Numbered from the stretch's first letter, positions 44,002 to 58,171 are shown. The stretch: DNA of 64,000 nt from Eledone cirrhosa (GCA_964016885.1 OZ024752.1:41974001-42038000), one strand, 5' to 3'. Program-made: numbers and translations. Notes: generated by a model from the sequence alone, not told the origin.

Positions 44002-44019
44002 TATATATATAATATATAT

Positions 44020-44091
<72 letters not shown>

Positions 44092-44140
44092 ATATATATA
44101 TATATATAATATATATATATATATATAATATATAATATAT

Positions 44141-44255
<115 letters not shown>

Positions 44256-44347
44256 TATGTATATAAAGTATATATATGTATATAAAATATATAAAGTATA
44301 TATATATATATTATATATGTATATAATATATATATATATTATATATG

Positions 44348-44445
<98 letters not shown>

Positions 44446-44458
44446 TTTACATATATTG

Positions 44459-44656
44459 TGAAGGCGTGTGGCTGAGTGGTTAGAGAATTGAACTCACAAT
44501 CTTGAGGTTGTGAGTTCGATTCCTGGACCAGGCGATACGTTATGTCTTTGAGCAAGACACTTTATTTCACGTTGCTCCTTCTACCTGGAGTTGCGACCGA
44601 TAGATAGTATTAGCAATTGGAAAGACCAACGGAAACATTGTTCCCTCGGTCCGATT
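44459..44656 (+). mobile_element. tRNA-derived SINE family 2 (OR-like, TTGAGCAAGACACTT block)
   Basis: TGGCTGAGTGG A box, GAGTTCGATTCC B box. Copies at ~13115-13220(-), 19030-19250(-), 28715-28915(-), 30647-30790(+), 38040-38340(-), 40276-40590(+), 49054-49260(+), 54141-54484(-). Confidence 0.88.
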
Positions 44657-44676
44657 TGATGAAAGTCGATCGTTCC

Positions 44677-44723
<47 letters not shown>

Positions 44724-44757
44724 TTTATATATATATATATATACTTTATATTTATAT

Positions 44758-44789
<32 letters not shown>

Positions 44790-44790
44790 C

Positions 44791-45059
44791 CGAAGGAAAT
44801 GTGGTAAGGAACCAGGTGGACCATAACGCACCAAAGTACTCAATACTTAGGGTAGTAGAGTGGGTAATAGGAACGAGTAGGACCCCGTCGGCTGAGCTCA
44901 AGCCGTTTCGACGGCTAATTCTGGACAAGAATTAGCTGTCGAAACGGCTTGAGCTCAGCCGTCGGGGTCCTACTCGTTCCTATGACCCACTCTACTACCC
45001 TAAGTATTGAGTACTTTGGTGTGTTATGGTCCACCTGGTTCCTTACCACATTTCCTTCG
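44791..45059. mobile_element. Family B fold-back element, 132-bp arms, in (TA)n (relatives at 1362-1495 and ~25808-25990)
   Basis: Near-perfect inverted repeat with a 5-nt loop (44923-27). Contains a hammerhead 3' half, GAAA-CGGCT..AGCCG-TC. Confidence 0.8.
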
Positions 45060-45178
45060 TTATATATATATATATAAAGTGTGTGTGTGTGTATATATAT
45101 ATATATAACTTTGTTGCCATATCAGGATGCCTGGTGAAGCAAGCACTGAAACTTCGAAGTTACTGACACTTTTCTCTT

Positions 45179-45235
<57 letters not shown>

Positions 45236-45454
45236 GAAATTTAATATAGTAATGGCTTCTACAGGCCTAGGATTATCTCATTCGTATAGTCCTGTAGAAG
45301 GCATTTCTATATTATATTTCGTTGTTGTTACTCTATTTATGTATTGAGTACCTTATTTAATGTGGTTACCCCTGATATCACTTGGGATCTACATATATAT
45401 ATATATATACATACATACATACAGTACACAAAGAAAAGAAATTAGTTCATACAG

Positions 45455-45487
<33 letters not shown>

Positions 45488-46764
45488 CAATATTTGTATT
45501 TCAGCTCTGTAGTATACTTGCTATTTTACATTAAGCTATTTTCATACTTGTAATTGGGTAATATTTATTATTACCCACACACACTATATATATAATAATA
45601 ATAATAAAATGTGGAGAGGAAGCACACAAGTTAGGATATATATATTTATATATATCTATATATATATATATATATGAAAACAGGGAAAAAGAGACGATTA
45701 TTAGGAAGAAAAATATTTTTTTTCCCTTTTTATCTCTCTCTCTTTTTTTCTGGGTTAGAAAATGATTAAGACGAAATGTTTTACTTTGTGTGAAGTGTTA
45801 AGGTATTAGTTGATTTATTTATTAATTAACAATGGCATTTATTTATCTATTTATATATTTAATAATGGTCTATTACCAGTTTCAGCATTTTTATGCATTA
45901 TCAAATGATAGTGACATGTATTAGTGTAGAATGGTGGTGTTGCACATTTTAAAGAAATGGTGCAGAAAGAATAAGGTATATAGATATTTATATATATATA
46001 TATATATATATTTTAATAGGTGGCTTTTCAGAAATAGTTATAATTATCTAATCAGTTTTTTATGCTGGTGTTAAGTATATTTTACACATGTAAAATATAT
46101 TCAATGCTGACACACATTAAAGTGAAACTTTGAAAAGTTACTCCTATGAAAACCAGTTATTACAGAAACTAATTAGATACTTATGGCGTTTTTGGAAAAC
46201 CTACCTATTGAAAAAACACATAACACAGTAATTTATTTTGTATGAACTATTTTCTTTTCGTTGTGTACTGCAAATTAGTATGTATATATAATAAACATAA
46301 GGTGCGTCTTCAAGTCTTTATTATTTTCCAAAGGGGATTGGCAGTATCGGTAGAGGGTCGGACGCCATGCTTGGACGCAAATAGTTACGGCCCTTGCCAT
46401 TCTGAGTTCAAATCCCGCCGAGGTTAACTTTGCCTTTCATCCTTACTAGGGTCGATGAAATAAAGTACCAGTAATGCACTGGGGTAATTGCTGGCCTTGT
46501 GCCAAAAGTAGAAACAATTATTTTCCTTATACGGGAAAATGGTGGCGGATTGGCAGTATCGGTAGAGCGTCAAACAATATGCTTTGTGGCATATAGTTAT
46601 GGCCCTTTATGTTCTGAGTTTAAATTCTGTCGAGGTTAGCTGCTTTGCCTTTTATCCTTACGGGGTCGATAAAATAAAGCACCAGTAATACATTGGGGTT
46701 GATTTAATCAGCTTTGCCCATCGCAACCCTAAAATTTTTGGCCTTGTTCCTAAACTATTATTTT

Positions 46765-46794
<30 letters not shown>

Positions 46795-46799
<5 letters not shown>

Positions 46800-47270
46800 A
46801 GTTAATATAAATTAATATATTTGATAAACACAAATACCAACATATCCGTGTTTGTATTGTAAATGACTAAGTTAGCTAGATTGAAAAATACTAATTATAA
46901 TAATACAGTTTGCCTGTCTCGATTTAAAATAATAAATCAATAAAAACAAAGTATATTGGCAAATGGCCGTGGTGCTTGGACAAATTTAAATTTCAAAATC
47001 ATTTAAATTTGTCCAAGCACGATGGCCATTTGCCAATATACTTTGTTTTTATTGATTTATTATTTTAAATCGAGACAGGCAAACTGTATTATTATAATTA
47101 GTATTTTTCAATCTAGCTAACTTAGTCATTTACAATACAAACACGGATATGTTGGTATTTGTGTTTATCAAATATATTAATTTATATTAACTTGTATTAC
47201 ACGGCTCGGAAATACTTCTTTCTTTGAGCTATTTCATTGTAAAGGACTGCCTGAGTTTTGAACTCATTAA
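46795..47270 (+). mobile_element. Fold-back element with ~197-bp arms plus a tail
   Basis: Arms 46795-46991 / 47001-47197; (TA)n on the left. Confidence 0.75.
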
Positions 47271-47466
47271 GGGCGGTGGATTGGCAGTATCGGTAGAGGG
47301 TCAGACACCATGCTTTCCAGCATAGTTACGTCCCTTTACGATCTGAGTTCAAATCCCGCCGAGGTTGACTTTGCCTTTCATCCTTACGAGGTCGATAAAA
47401 TAAAGTACCAGTAATGCACTGGAATAATTGATGGCCTTGTGCCAAAAGTAGAAACAATTATTAATA

Positions 47467-47503
<37 letters not shown>

Positions 47504-47507
<4 letters not shown>

Positions 47508-47813
47508 GGGAGTGTAACGTGGAGTTACGGTAGGTTCACCCGGGAGAGCACTCGATATCTAGGCTCACATCAGTATCGAGGTGTAGAGCTAGACAGAGTG
47601 TATTATAATAAGGTAAAATAAAACAAGGACGAGTGGTTACTCCTTCATTATGTTTATTGGTTGGTGACCTGCGTTTCGCTATTGATCAGCTCAGGGTTCA
47701 ATCTGTATCCAAAGAGGCCCAACAAGCAATTGATTAGAGTGGGGCTAGATCAATACAGATAGAACCTTGAGCTCATCAATAGCGAAATGTAGATCACCAA
47801 CCAATAAATGTTT

Positions 47814-47818
<5 letters not shown>
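47504..47818. mobile_element. TA-flanked element with an imperfect inverted repeat (~47652-47810)
   Basis: TTTATTGGTTGGTGA..TTTCGCTATTGAT / ATCAATAGCGAAA..TCACCAACCAATAAA. Confidence 0.6.
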
Positions 47819-47851
<33 letters not shown>

Positions 47852-47968
47852 ATATATATAATATAAATATATATATACATATATGTATATGTATATTGTG
47901 TATATGTATATTATGTATATATATATATGCGTGTCTGTGTGTGTGTGTATATATATATGTATATTATG

Positions 47969-48012
<44 letters not shown>

Positions 48013-48020
48013 CATATATG

Positions 48021-48084
<64 letters not shown>

Positions 48085-48423
48085 TGTATATTGTGTATAT
48101 GTATATTACGTATATATATATATATATATACATATATGTATATTGTGTATATGTATATTACGTATATATATATATATATATATATACATATATGTATATT
48201 GTGTATATGTATATTACGTATATATATATATACACATATATGTATATTGTGTATATGTATATTACGTATGTGTGTGTGTGTATATATAATATACATATAT
48301 GTATATATATATATATACATATATATATTGCATATATGTATATATGTGTGTGTGTGTGTGTATATATATATATACATACATATATGCATATTGCGTATAT
48401 GTATACTATGTATATTTATATAT

Positions 48424-48461
<38 letters not shown>

Positions 48462-49357
48462 ATATATATATATATTACTTATGTATATATATATATTACT
48501 TATGTATATATATATATTACTTATGTATATATATATATATTACTTATGTATATATATATATATTACTTATGTATATATATATATATTACTTATGTATATA
48601 TATATATTACTTATGTATATTTATATATTACTTATGTATATATATATATATTACTTATGTATATATATATATATATTATGTATATTTATATATTACTTAT
48701 GTATATATATATATATATTACTTATGTATATATATATTACTTATGTATATATATATATATATTACTTATGTATATATATAACGTATGTTGTTTATTACAT
48801 AATAATAATAATAATATATATATATATATATATTATGTATGTATATATATATATTACTTATGTATGTATATATATATATATTACATGTATATATATATAT
48901 ATATAATGTGTATGTATATATATGTATGTATATGTTTGCATTTATATCTGTAATTGTTTTATAAAATGTCATGTTCATAAAAGTTGAATCTTTCACAAGT
49001 TTGCTATAAAACCTTGAATATTCTGAACTAATTAAAACATTTGTTTGTGATAGTGAAGGCACATGGCCTAGTGGTTAGGATATTGATCCCACAATCATAA
49101 GATTGTGGGTTTGATTCCAGGACCAGCCAAGCATTTTGTGTTCTTGAGTAAAACACTTTATTTCTTGTTGCTGACTTCTGCCAGGAGTTGTGATCGACAG
49201 ATAGTATCAGCATTGAAAAGACCCATGGAAATGTTGTTTCCTTGGTTCAATCCAATGATTGGTTCTGTTTGTTTTTCTTAATTATTATTCATTTCCTTGT
49301 TACTGTATGATGATAGCGATGATTTTTCATCTTTTTTAGAGTGTGTGTATAGTTTAA

Positions 49358-51145
49358 CCCTTTAGCATTTAAACCGGCCATATCCGGCCAGAATTCTCTC
49401 AACTCTTTCTGTTCAGACCGGCTGTAACTGGCCAGAATTCTCTCACCTCTTTCTGTTCAGACCGGCCATATCCAGCCAGAATTCTCTCAACTCTTTCTGT
49501 TCAAACCAGCCATATCTGGCCATATCCAGCCAGAATTCTCTCACCTCTTTCTGTTCAAACCAGCCATATCCAGCCAGAATTCTCTCAACTCTTTCTGTTC
49601 AAACCAGCCATATCCAGCCAGAATTCTCTCACCTCTTTCTGTTCAAACCAGCCATATCTGGCCATATCCAGCCAGAATTCTCTCACCTCTTAATGTTCAA
49701 ACCAGCCATATCCGGCCACATCCAGCCAGAATTCTCTCACCTCTTTCTGTTCAAACCAGCCACATCCAGCCAGAATTCTCTCACCTCTTTCTGTTCAGAC
49801 CGGCCATATCCAGCCAGAATTCTCTCAACTCTTTCTGTTCAAACCAGCCATATCCAGCCAGAATTCTCTCACCTCTTTCTGTTCAAACCAGCCATATCCA
49901 GCCAGAATTCTCTCAACTCTTTCTCCTCAGACCGGCCATATCCAGCCAGAATTCTCTCAACTCTTTATGTTCAAACCAGCCATATCCAGCCAGAATTCTC
50001 TCACCTCTTTCTGTTCAGACCGGCCATATCCAGCCAGAATTCTCTCACCTCTTTCTGTTCAGACCGGCCATATCCAGCCAGAATTCTCTCAACTCTTTCT
50101 GTTCAAACCAGCCATATCCAGCCAGAATTCTCTCACCTCTTTCTGTTCAGAACAACCATATCCAGCCAGAATTCTCTCACCTCTTTCTGTTCAGAACAAC
50201 CATATCCAGCCAGAATTCTCTCACCTCTTTCTGTTCAGACCGGCCATATCCAGCCAGAATTCTCTCACCTCTTTCTGTTCAAACCAGCCATATCCAGCCA
50301 GAATTCTCTCAACTCTTTCTCCTCAGACCGGCCATATCCAGCCAGAATTCTCTCACCTCTTTCTGTTCAGACCAGCCGTATCCAGCCAGAATTCTCTCAA
50401 CTCTTTCTGTTCAAACTGGCCATATCCAGCCAGAATTCTCTCAACTCTTTCTCCTCAGACCGGCCATATCCAGCCAGAATTCTCTCACCTCTTTCTGTTC
50501 AAACCAGCCATATCCAGCCAGAATTCTCTCACCTCTTTCTGTTCAGACCGGCCATATCCAGCCAGAATTCTCTCACCTCTTTCTGTTCAGACCGGCCATA
50601 TCCAGCCAGAATTCTCTCACCTCTTTCTGTTCAGACCGGCCATATCCAGCCAGAATTCTCTCACCTCTTTCTGTTCAAACCAGCCATATCCAGCCAGAAT
50701 TCTCTCACTTCTTTCTGTTCAGACCGGCCATATCCAGCCAGAATTCTCTCACCTCTTTCTGTTCAGACCGGCCATATCCAGCCAGAATTCTCTCACCTCT
50801 TTCTGTTCAAACCAGCCATATCCAGCCAGAATTCTCTCACTTCTTTCTGTTCAGACCGGCCATATCCAGCCAGAATTCTCTCACCTCTTTCTGTTCAGAC
50901 CGGCCATATCCAGCCAGAATTCTCTCACCTCTTTCTGTTCAAACCAGCCATATCCAGCCAGAATTCTCTCAGCTCTTTCTGTTCAGACCGGCCATAACCG
51001 GCTGCTCATACTTATGTTAAGATGTTGTTCTCAAAATAAATAACATGAAAATCTCGTCGTTTCGATATGGGAGATAACTATGTAAGGTAAAGTCTGAACC
51101 ACAAAAATACAATAATAAATAATAAGTAATGTGAATGCTAAAGGG
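49358..51145. mobile_element. piggyBac-like MITE expanded by ~36 copies of a 44-bp unit
   Basis: TTAA|CCCTTTAGCATT...AATGCTAAAGGG|TTAA. Shorter relatives at ~23671-23886, 29184-29800, 37117-37343 and 41378-41770. Confidence 0.88.
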
Positions 51146-51517
51146 TTAAAAATAAAAAATCTACTCATATCAACCACTGAATCCAGGGAAAAAAAGTCAC
51201 AATAAAGTTGCACTTCATTTAAATGCATCGTCCATGGTTTACCCACATTTTCTCTATATATTTCACAATGTTCTACCCATCTTCAATCCATATTCTACCC
51301 ACATTCTACCCACATTCTACCCACAATCCACCCACATTCTACCCACATTCTACTCATTTCTACATATATTCTACTTATTTAAAATGGACTTTTTACCGAA
51401 AATATTCAAGAAATCAATAAAAATGCTATCATATTTCATTATTTTTTTTTCTTTATTAATTTATTTCTTTGAGTTGAACAGTTAGTCTTTATTTTGAAGC
51501 TCTTTTATATTTTATCT

Positions 51518-51810
51518 TAACCCTTTTAATGCCAAACCTCCTAAAAGATACCCCTCAAAATTCTTGATTATTTCCAAAATGATTTGAAAATCATAGGCAG
51601 TGTGTTTCATTAGAAACATGGTAATGAAATGGTTAAAGTGTTTATATTTATCTATAAAACTTCTAACATAGTTTTATGTAAGAATACCAGATAAATAATA
51701 GAAAAGTTGATTTTTATTAACTCCGCTCGCCAAATTCTTGATTATTTCCAAAATTATTTCAAAATAATAGGAAGTGCCTTTCATTGGAAATTTGGTAAGA
51801 AAAGGGTTAA
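51518..51810. mobile_element. Second piggyBac-like MITE family
   Basis: TTAACCCTTTT...AAAAGGGTTAA termini. Confidence 0.6.
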
Positions 51811-51961
51811 TGACCTGTCTGCCCGTCCGTCTGTCATCTGTCGTCTGTCTGTCGTCTGTCTGCCTTAACTAACATTAAGAGTGAAATTCTCAGAAAATGT
51901 TTGCATCTTTTGAAGATTAGCATTACCAAAAGAGGGGCTGTAAAAGAATTTGTACACTGAT

Positions 51962-53510
51962 AACAGCAACAGCACCACATGCATCTACACCACCACCACC
52001 ACATGCATCTACATCACTGCCACCACCACCACTGCCACATGCATCTACATCACTGCCACCACCAGCACCACTATTACCACCACCACCAGCACCACCACAT
52101 GCATCTACACCACCACCACATGCATCTACATCACTGCCACCACCGCCATCGCCACTATTACCACCACCACCAGCATCTACACCACCACCACATGCATCTA
52201 CCTCACCACTATTACCACCACCACCAGCATCTACACCACCACCACATGCATCTACCTCACCACTATTACCACCACCACCAGCACCACTATTACCACCACC
52301 ACCAGCATCTACACCACCACCACATGCATCTACATCACTGCCACCACCACCATCGCCACTATTACCACCACCACCGCCATCACCACTATTACCACCACCA
52401 CCAGCATCTACACCACCACCACATGCATCTACCTCACCACTATTACCACCACCACCAGCATCTACACCACCACCACATGCATCTACCTCACCACTATTAC
52501 CACCAGCACCACTATTACCACCACCACCAGCATCTACACCACCACCACATGCATCTACATCACTGCCACCACCACCATCGCCACTATTACCACCACCACC
52601 GCCATCACCACTATTACCACCACCACCAGCATCTACACCACCACCACATGCATCTACCTCACCACTATTACCACCACCACCACCAGCATCTACACCACCA
52701 CCACATGCATCTACCTCACCACTATTACCACCACCACCAGCACCACTATTACCACCACCACCAGCATCTACACCACCACCACATGCATCTACATCACTGC
52801 CACCACCACCATCGCCACTATTACCACCACCACCACCAGCACCACTATTACCACCACCACCATGCATCTACATCACTGCCATCACCACCAGCGCCACTAT
52901 TACCACCACCACCACATGCATCTATATCACTGCCACCACCAGCACCACTATTACCACCACCACCACATGCATCTACATCACTGCCACCACCACCACCAGC
53001 ACCACTATTACCACCACCACATGCATCTACACCACCACCACATGCATCTATATCACTGCCACCAGCACCACTATTACCACCACCACCAGCATCTACACCA
53101 CCACCACATGCATCTATATCACTGCCACCAGCACCACTATTACCACCACCACCAGCATCTACACCACCACCACATGCATCTATATCACTGCCACCACCAC
53201 CACCACCAGCACCACTATTACCACCACCACATGCATCTACACCACTACCTCCACCACCACCACTATCACCTGCAGCAGCAGCAGCAGCACTGCATTCAAC
53301 CAGATCTATATCAACACCGCCATTAACATCACATACATCTATCCCATCACATACACCACCACCACCACCATTACCACATACACCACCACCACCACCACCA
53401 CCTCTAACATTATCATGTACACCACCACATGAACATACACCACCACCACCACATGGAGATACACCACCATCATCACCACCACCACCAACATCACCATCAC
53501 CATTATCACC
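51962..53510. repeat. CAC-based complex minisatellite
   Basis: Shuffled modules CATGCATCTACA, CACTATTAC and (CAC)n. Confidence 0.93.
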
Positions 53511-53620
53511 TGAACACTTTGTGTTATCACCCTGCAATGAGATGCTGGGTTCTAGGAATGTGTGTATGTACATGTATATATATATATGTGTGTGTGTGCG
53601 TATGTGTGCATGTGTGTGTG

Positions 53621-53657
<37 letters not shown>

Positions 53658-54491
53658 GCACACATACTTACACATATATGCACACACACATGTGTGTGTG
53701 TGTGTGTTTGTGTATATGTATATGTGTGTGTGCATGTGTATATATATATGTGTGTATATATATGTTTGTGTGTGTATGTATGTATATATGTGTGTATATA
53801 GATACATATATATAATGTGTGTGTGCATGTATGTATGTATATATATATATGTGTGTGTATGTGTGTATATATATACATATATATAATGTGTGCATGTATA
53901 TATATATTTATATATATATATAATGTATGTGTGCATGTGTATGTATATATATGTGTATGTATGTATGTATGTATATATATATATATGTATCACAGTCACT
54001 CGACCAATCTTGCCTCAAGTGGGACAACTCCCGTCTAACCCATGCTAGCGTGGAAGATGGATGTTAAATGAAGATGATGATGTATATATATATCATCATC
54101 ATCATCATCATCATTTTACGTCTGCTCTTATATATATATATCATCATCATCATCATTTCATTTTACGTCCGCTTTTTCCCTGCTTGCAAGGGTGGGACGG
54201 GAACTGATTCTGGCTTGATTTCTACAGCTGGATGCCCTTCCTAACACCAACCTCATTTACAGTGAGTGCTGGGTGCTTTTTTGCCGTGGCACCTCCACGA
54301 CCACTTTACAGTGGAATGATAAGGAACCCAGTCCCTATCATCTCATTTCTACAGCTGAGTAAACTGGAGCAATGTGAAATAAAGTGTCTTGCTCAAGGAA
54401 ACAACACATCACCCGGTCTGAGAATTGAACTCACAACCTTTCGATTACAAGGTCAATGCTCTAACCACTAAGCCATGTGCCTCCATATATA

Positions 54492-54905
54492 TATATATTA
54501 AAGAAGAAATTAAAAGATGGTTAAAAAAGTTCCATATATTTTATTATGCACATTTTGAAAACAAAATCATCCTGGGACAAAAATTGTGTTCTCATCAGAT
54601 AAAATAAGGTAATATGATATGAGGCCTAAAAACACTTGTCAACAGGAAATGTAGACTTTCCACTTTCCTGTTGACAAGTGTTTTTAGGCCTCAAATCATG
54701 TTACCTTATTTTATCTGATGAGAACACAGTTTTTGTCCCAGGATGATTTTCTTTTCGAAATGCGTATAATAAAATATATGGAACTTTTTTAACCATCTTT
54801 TAATTTCTTCTTTAATATATATACTCCAATTCTACCAATCGTTGAGTGCTACTTATCTGATATATGCATAGTTTTATTGTTCTACAATATTACTCACCTC
54901 CTACA
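54492..54905 (+). mobile_element. Family A (diverged subfamily) fold-back element with ~158-bp arms
   Basis: Arms ~54492-54649 / 54664-54821, then a tail ending CACCTCCTACA(TA)n. Confidence 0.8.
54707..54776 (+). ncRNA. Hammerhead ribozyme (family A fold-back element); a mutated mirror copy lies on the minus strand at ~54537-54607
   Basis: TATTTTAT-CTGATGA-GAAc..tTTC-GAAA-TGCGTAT-A-ATAAAATA. Confidence 0.78.
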
Positions 54906-54967
54906 TATATATATATATGTCTTTCCACCACTCCCCTACAGACCCTTTGAACTCTCTTCCCACACAC

Positions 54968-55002
54968 TTTTCACCTGAAGAAGGGCTTATGCCCGAAACG
55001 TC
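54968..55002 (+). ncRNA. Hammerhead-like core in repeat 54920-55095 (second copy on the minus strand, 25697-25730)
   Basis: CTGAAGA-A-GGGC-TTAT-GCCC-GAAA-CGTC. Stem I pairing is not clean. Confidence 0.55.
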
Positions 55003-55112
55003 GTTCCCCACCACCACCCCACTCTCAAGAGCGTGAAACTAATAAGCCTTTGTTCGTACTGCCTCTCTGTTTTGTTCCCATTCAATTTTTCACTATATAT
55101 ATATATATATAT

Positions 55113-55323
55113 ACGTACGTTATTCCGGGTTGAATCGGAGGTAACCACAGTAAGTAAGGTACTCAATACATTGCAGAGTATAAAAGTTTTAATATAGATG
55201 AGATTCTACAGGACTAGAACTGTTTCAATTTTTAGAAATCATCAGGAATCTGGAGCCAGATTCCTGATGATTTCTAAAGAATGAAACAGTTCTAGTCCTG
55301 TAGAATCTCATCTATATTAAAAC

Positions 55324-55324
<1 letters not shown>
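55113..55324. mobile_element. Family C fold-back element (relative at ~45235-45392)
   Basis: Arms 55185-55253 / 55256-55324 with a tail on the left; TA-flanked. Confidence 0.78.
55258..55308 (+). ncRNA. Hammerhead ribozyme; mirror copy on the minus strand at 55201-55251
   Basis: AGATTC-CTGATGA-TTTCTAAAGAAT-GAAA-CAG(TTCTAGTC)CTG-TA-GAATCT. Confidence 0.8.
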
Positions 55325-55371
<47 letters not shown>

Positions 55372-55482
55372 AGAAAGACTTACCCTTAAAAGGGTAGAAG
55401 GAGCATGACAAGCTTCTTGGATGTCACATGCCTGGCTGACTTAAAGTGTATATATATATCACACACATACATATGTGTGAGA

Positions 55483-55531
<49 letters not shown>

Positions 55532-55912
55532 TGTGTGAGAGTTGTATGTGTGTTCACTGTTGTAATTACAACAGTGATAGGGTGTGTCTCTCAGTAGTTA
55601 TAATGTGAAACATACATCTGTATGTGTGTGTGTGCATGTGTGTATGTGTTTGTGTATGTGTGTGTGTGTGTGTTTGTATGTGTATGGGTGTGTTTGTGTA
55701 TGTGTGTGTATGTATGTGTGCATGTGTGTTTGTGTATATGTGTGTTTGTGTGTGTATGTGTATGGGTGTGTTTGTGTGTGTATGTGTGTTTGTGTGTGTA
55801 TGTATATATATAATGTTGTGTGACCCTGAAAAATGTATATACACATGAACAGCATTCTAATAAATATATGTATACATTTTTTGGGGGGTAGGGGACACAC
55901 ATACACACGTGT

Positions 55913-55968
<56 letters not shown>

Positions 55969-56088
55969 CTCCCTCTAATACATACATATCACGGATGATG
56001 ATGGTGATTGGTGGGTGAAGAATTTCAAGGAGCTCCAATCATATGTAAGTATAAGTGAACAGAAATGATGATAACAATGAGATGTATG

Positions 56089-56169
<81 letters not shown>

Positions 56170-56170
56170 C

Positions 56171-56229
<59 letters not shown>

Positions 56230-56230
56230 G

Positions 56231-56277
<47 letters not shown>

Positions 56278-56278
56278 G

Positions 56279-56329
<51 letters not shown>

Positions 56330-56368
56330 GTATATGTAAGATCAAAAGATGGTTAAAGGAGTTCCATG

Positions 56369-56438
56369 TATTTTATTATGCGCATTTCAAAAACAAATAT
56401 CATCATGCAATAATATTTGTGTTTTCATCAGATAAAAC
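56369..56438 (-). ncRNA. Hammerhead ribozyme (family A element 56337-56605)
   Basis: Minus strand: GTTTTAT-CTGATGA-AAAcACAAATATTA..TGATATTTGTtTTT-GAAA-TGCGCAT-A-ATAAAAT. Confidence 0.82.
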
Positions 56439-56772
56439 AGGAGAGCATGATATGAAGGCTAAAAAACACTTGTGGATAGTGCAGTTTTAAATCAACATAT
56501 TATATATCTTATATTATGTATACTCCAGTCCTACAAACTGTAGAGTGCTTCTTATCCGATATCTGCATTGCTTTATTGTACTACAATAAAACTCACCTCC
56601 TACATATATGTATATATATATGTATATATAAATATATGTATATGTATATATATATATATGTATATATATATGTATATATATATGTATATATATATGTGTA
56701 TATATATATATATGTATATATATATGTGTATATATATATATGTATATATATGTGTATATATATATATGTATA

Positions 56773-56832
<60 letters not shown>

Positions 56833-56900
56833 ATGTTGTGTGCCCCCCCCCCCCCCCCCCCACAAATGTATACACACTTATTGTATACAGTGCTCAGGTG

Positions 56901-56949
<49 letters not shown>

Positions 56950-57135
56950 GTTTCTACGTTTGGCACAAGGCCAGCAATTACCCAGTGCATTACTGGTACT
57001 TTATTTTATCGACCCCGTAAGGATGAAAGGCAAAGTTATATATAATGTGTGTGTTTGTGTGTGTGTGTCCCCAAAATGTATACTCATATTTATTAGAATG
57101 CTGTTGAAGTTTGTATATATTTTTTGGGGATACCT

Positions 57136-57185
<50 letters not shown>

Positions 57186-57213
57186 ATGAAAATTATTGTA
57201 TACAGTGCTCAGG

Positions 57214-57258
<45 letters not shown>

Positions 57259-57262
<4 letters not shown>

Positions 57263-58130
57263 GTAGAACACTGGAAGGTAATATCCGCAGTGGTAGAGCA
57301 CTCAGTCCATGGGACGAGTCTCAACGTTAAAAGCAATGTAGGCAAAAAATCTCTAGCCCTCTTAGATAGACACTTTCCCATAGGTCATAAATACCGCTCC
57401 ATCTTTAACCGACACAAAGTAAAACTAGGATACTCCTGCGCTAAGAACACGAAAGCCCACATTACCAACAGCCCTAAGAGCAACACCCCACCAGCGTGCT
57501 CTTGCCGTAAGCCCGAAGCTTGTTCTCTTCAACAGCAATGCAACACACCCTCTGTGGTTTATGAAGCTGTGGTCACTTCCAACCGACCAAATCAACCTCA
57601 GGAGGTCAAATCCTATGTGGGTTTGGCGGAGGGACGATTTAAGGAACGCTTCCTGAACCACCAGTCGATCTTTAGGTACCCGGACATACGTTCATCCACG
57701 AAACTCGGGAGCCATGTATGGTCCCTCAAAGACTCAAGTATAGACTACTCCATTCAATGGAAAGCCATCACCAAGTCCAAGCGATAAGCAAGGGAAAATC
57801 CGTCGTGTGGACTATGTATTGATGAACTATTAAATATTCTAAAGAGATTACGCAATAGCGATTGCCTAAACTCAAGAAATGAATTATTCACACGTTGTCC
57901 ACACGTCTGGAAACACCTCTTACATAACTACAAAGCTCCGGATTGAATTACAACATCCTAATTTTTCTTATCAACTAGAAACTTTCGGACTTTCACAGTT
58001 ATCTCCTTTACAATTCATGTATTTTATCTGATGAGGACGTACTGAAAAAACAGCACAGTACCTCCGAAATATATATAATAAAACATATATTTTGATTATG
58101 TGAATGTCTTCATTTATTAATATTTTGAAT
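57259..58130 (+). mobile_element. 5'-truncated Penelope-like retroelement (Naiad/Chlamys-type GIY-YIG endonuclease region plus 3' UTR) inserted in (TA)n
   Basis: Translation NVKSNVGK..LLDRHFP..IFNRHKVKLGYSC, CxC-x5-C linker (CSCRKPEAC), VVY...YVG.AEGRFKERF.NH. After an in-frame TAA at 57785 it continues CGLCIDE...LNSRNELFTRCPH..KHLL..APD* (TGA 57944-46). Followed by a hammerhead motif; TA repeats on both sides. Confidence 0.88.
58022..58083 (+). ncRNA. Type I minimal hammerhead ribozyme in the PLE 3' region
   Basis: TTTTAT-CTGATGA-GGAcGTACTG..CAGTACcTCC-GAAA-TATATAT-A-ATAAAA: all core bases and three stems present; AUA cleavage triplet. Confidence 0.85.
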
Positions 58131-58131
58131 A

Positions 58132-58171
<40 letters not shown>

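Noticed and set aside
45131-45162. Hammerhead-like CTGGTGA..GAAACTTCGAAGTT (also CTGATGA at 18101 and CAGAAGA at ~14525)
   Set aside because: Core mutated or partner half/stem I missing; likely decayed relics, not called as ribozymes.
49693-51043. 434-aa and 358-aa repetitive ORFs
   Set aside because: A 44-bp stop-free unit inside a MITE; the same peptide cycles through the frames.
51923-53999. His-, Thr- and Gly-rich ORFs resembling cuticle/beak-type structural proteins
   Set aside because: CAC minisatellite open in several frames on both strands, running into (TG/TA)n; no signal peptide or splice support.
57785-57787. In-frame stop in the Naiad-type ORF as possible selenocysteine recoding
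   Set aside because: The codon is TAA, not TGA, at a position usually occupied by Tyr; simple decay.
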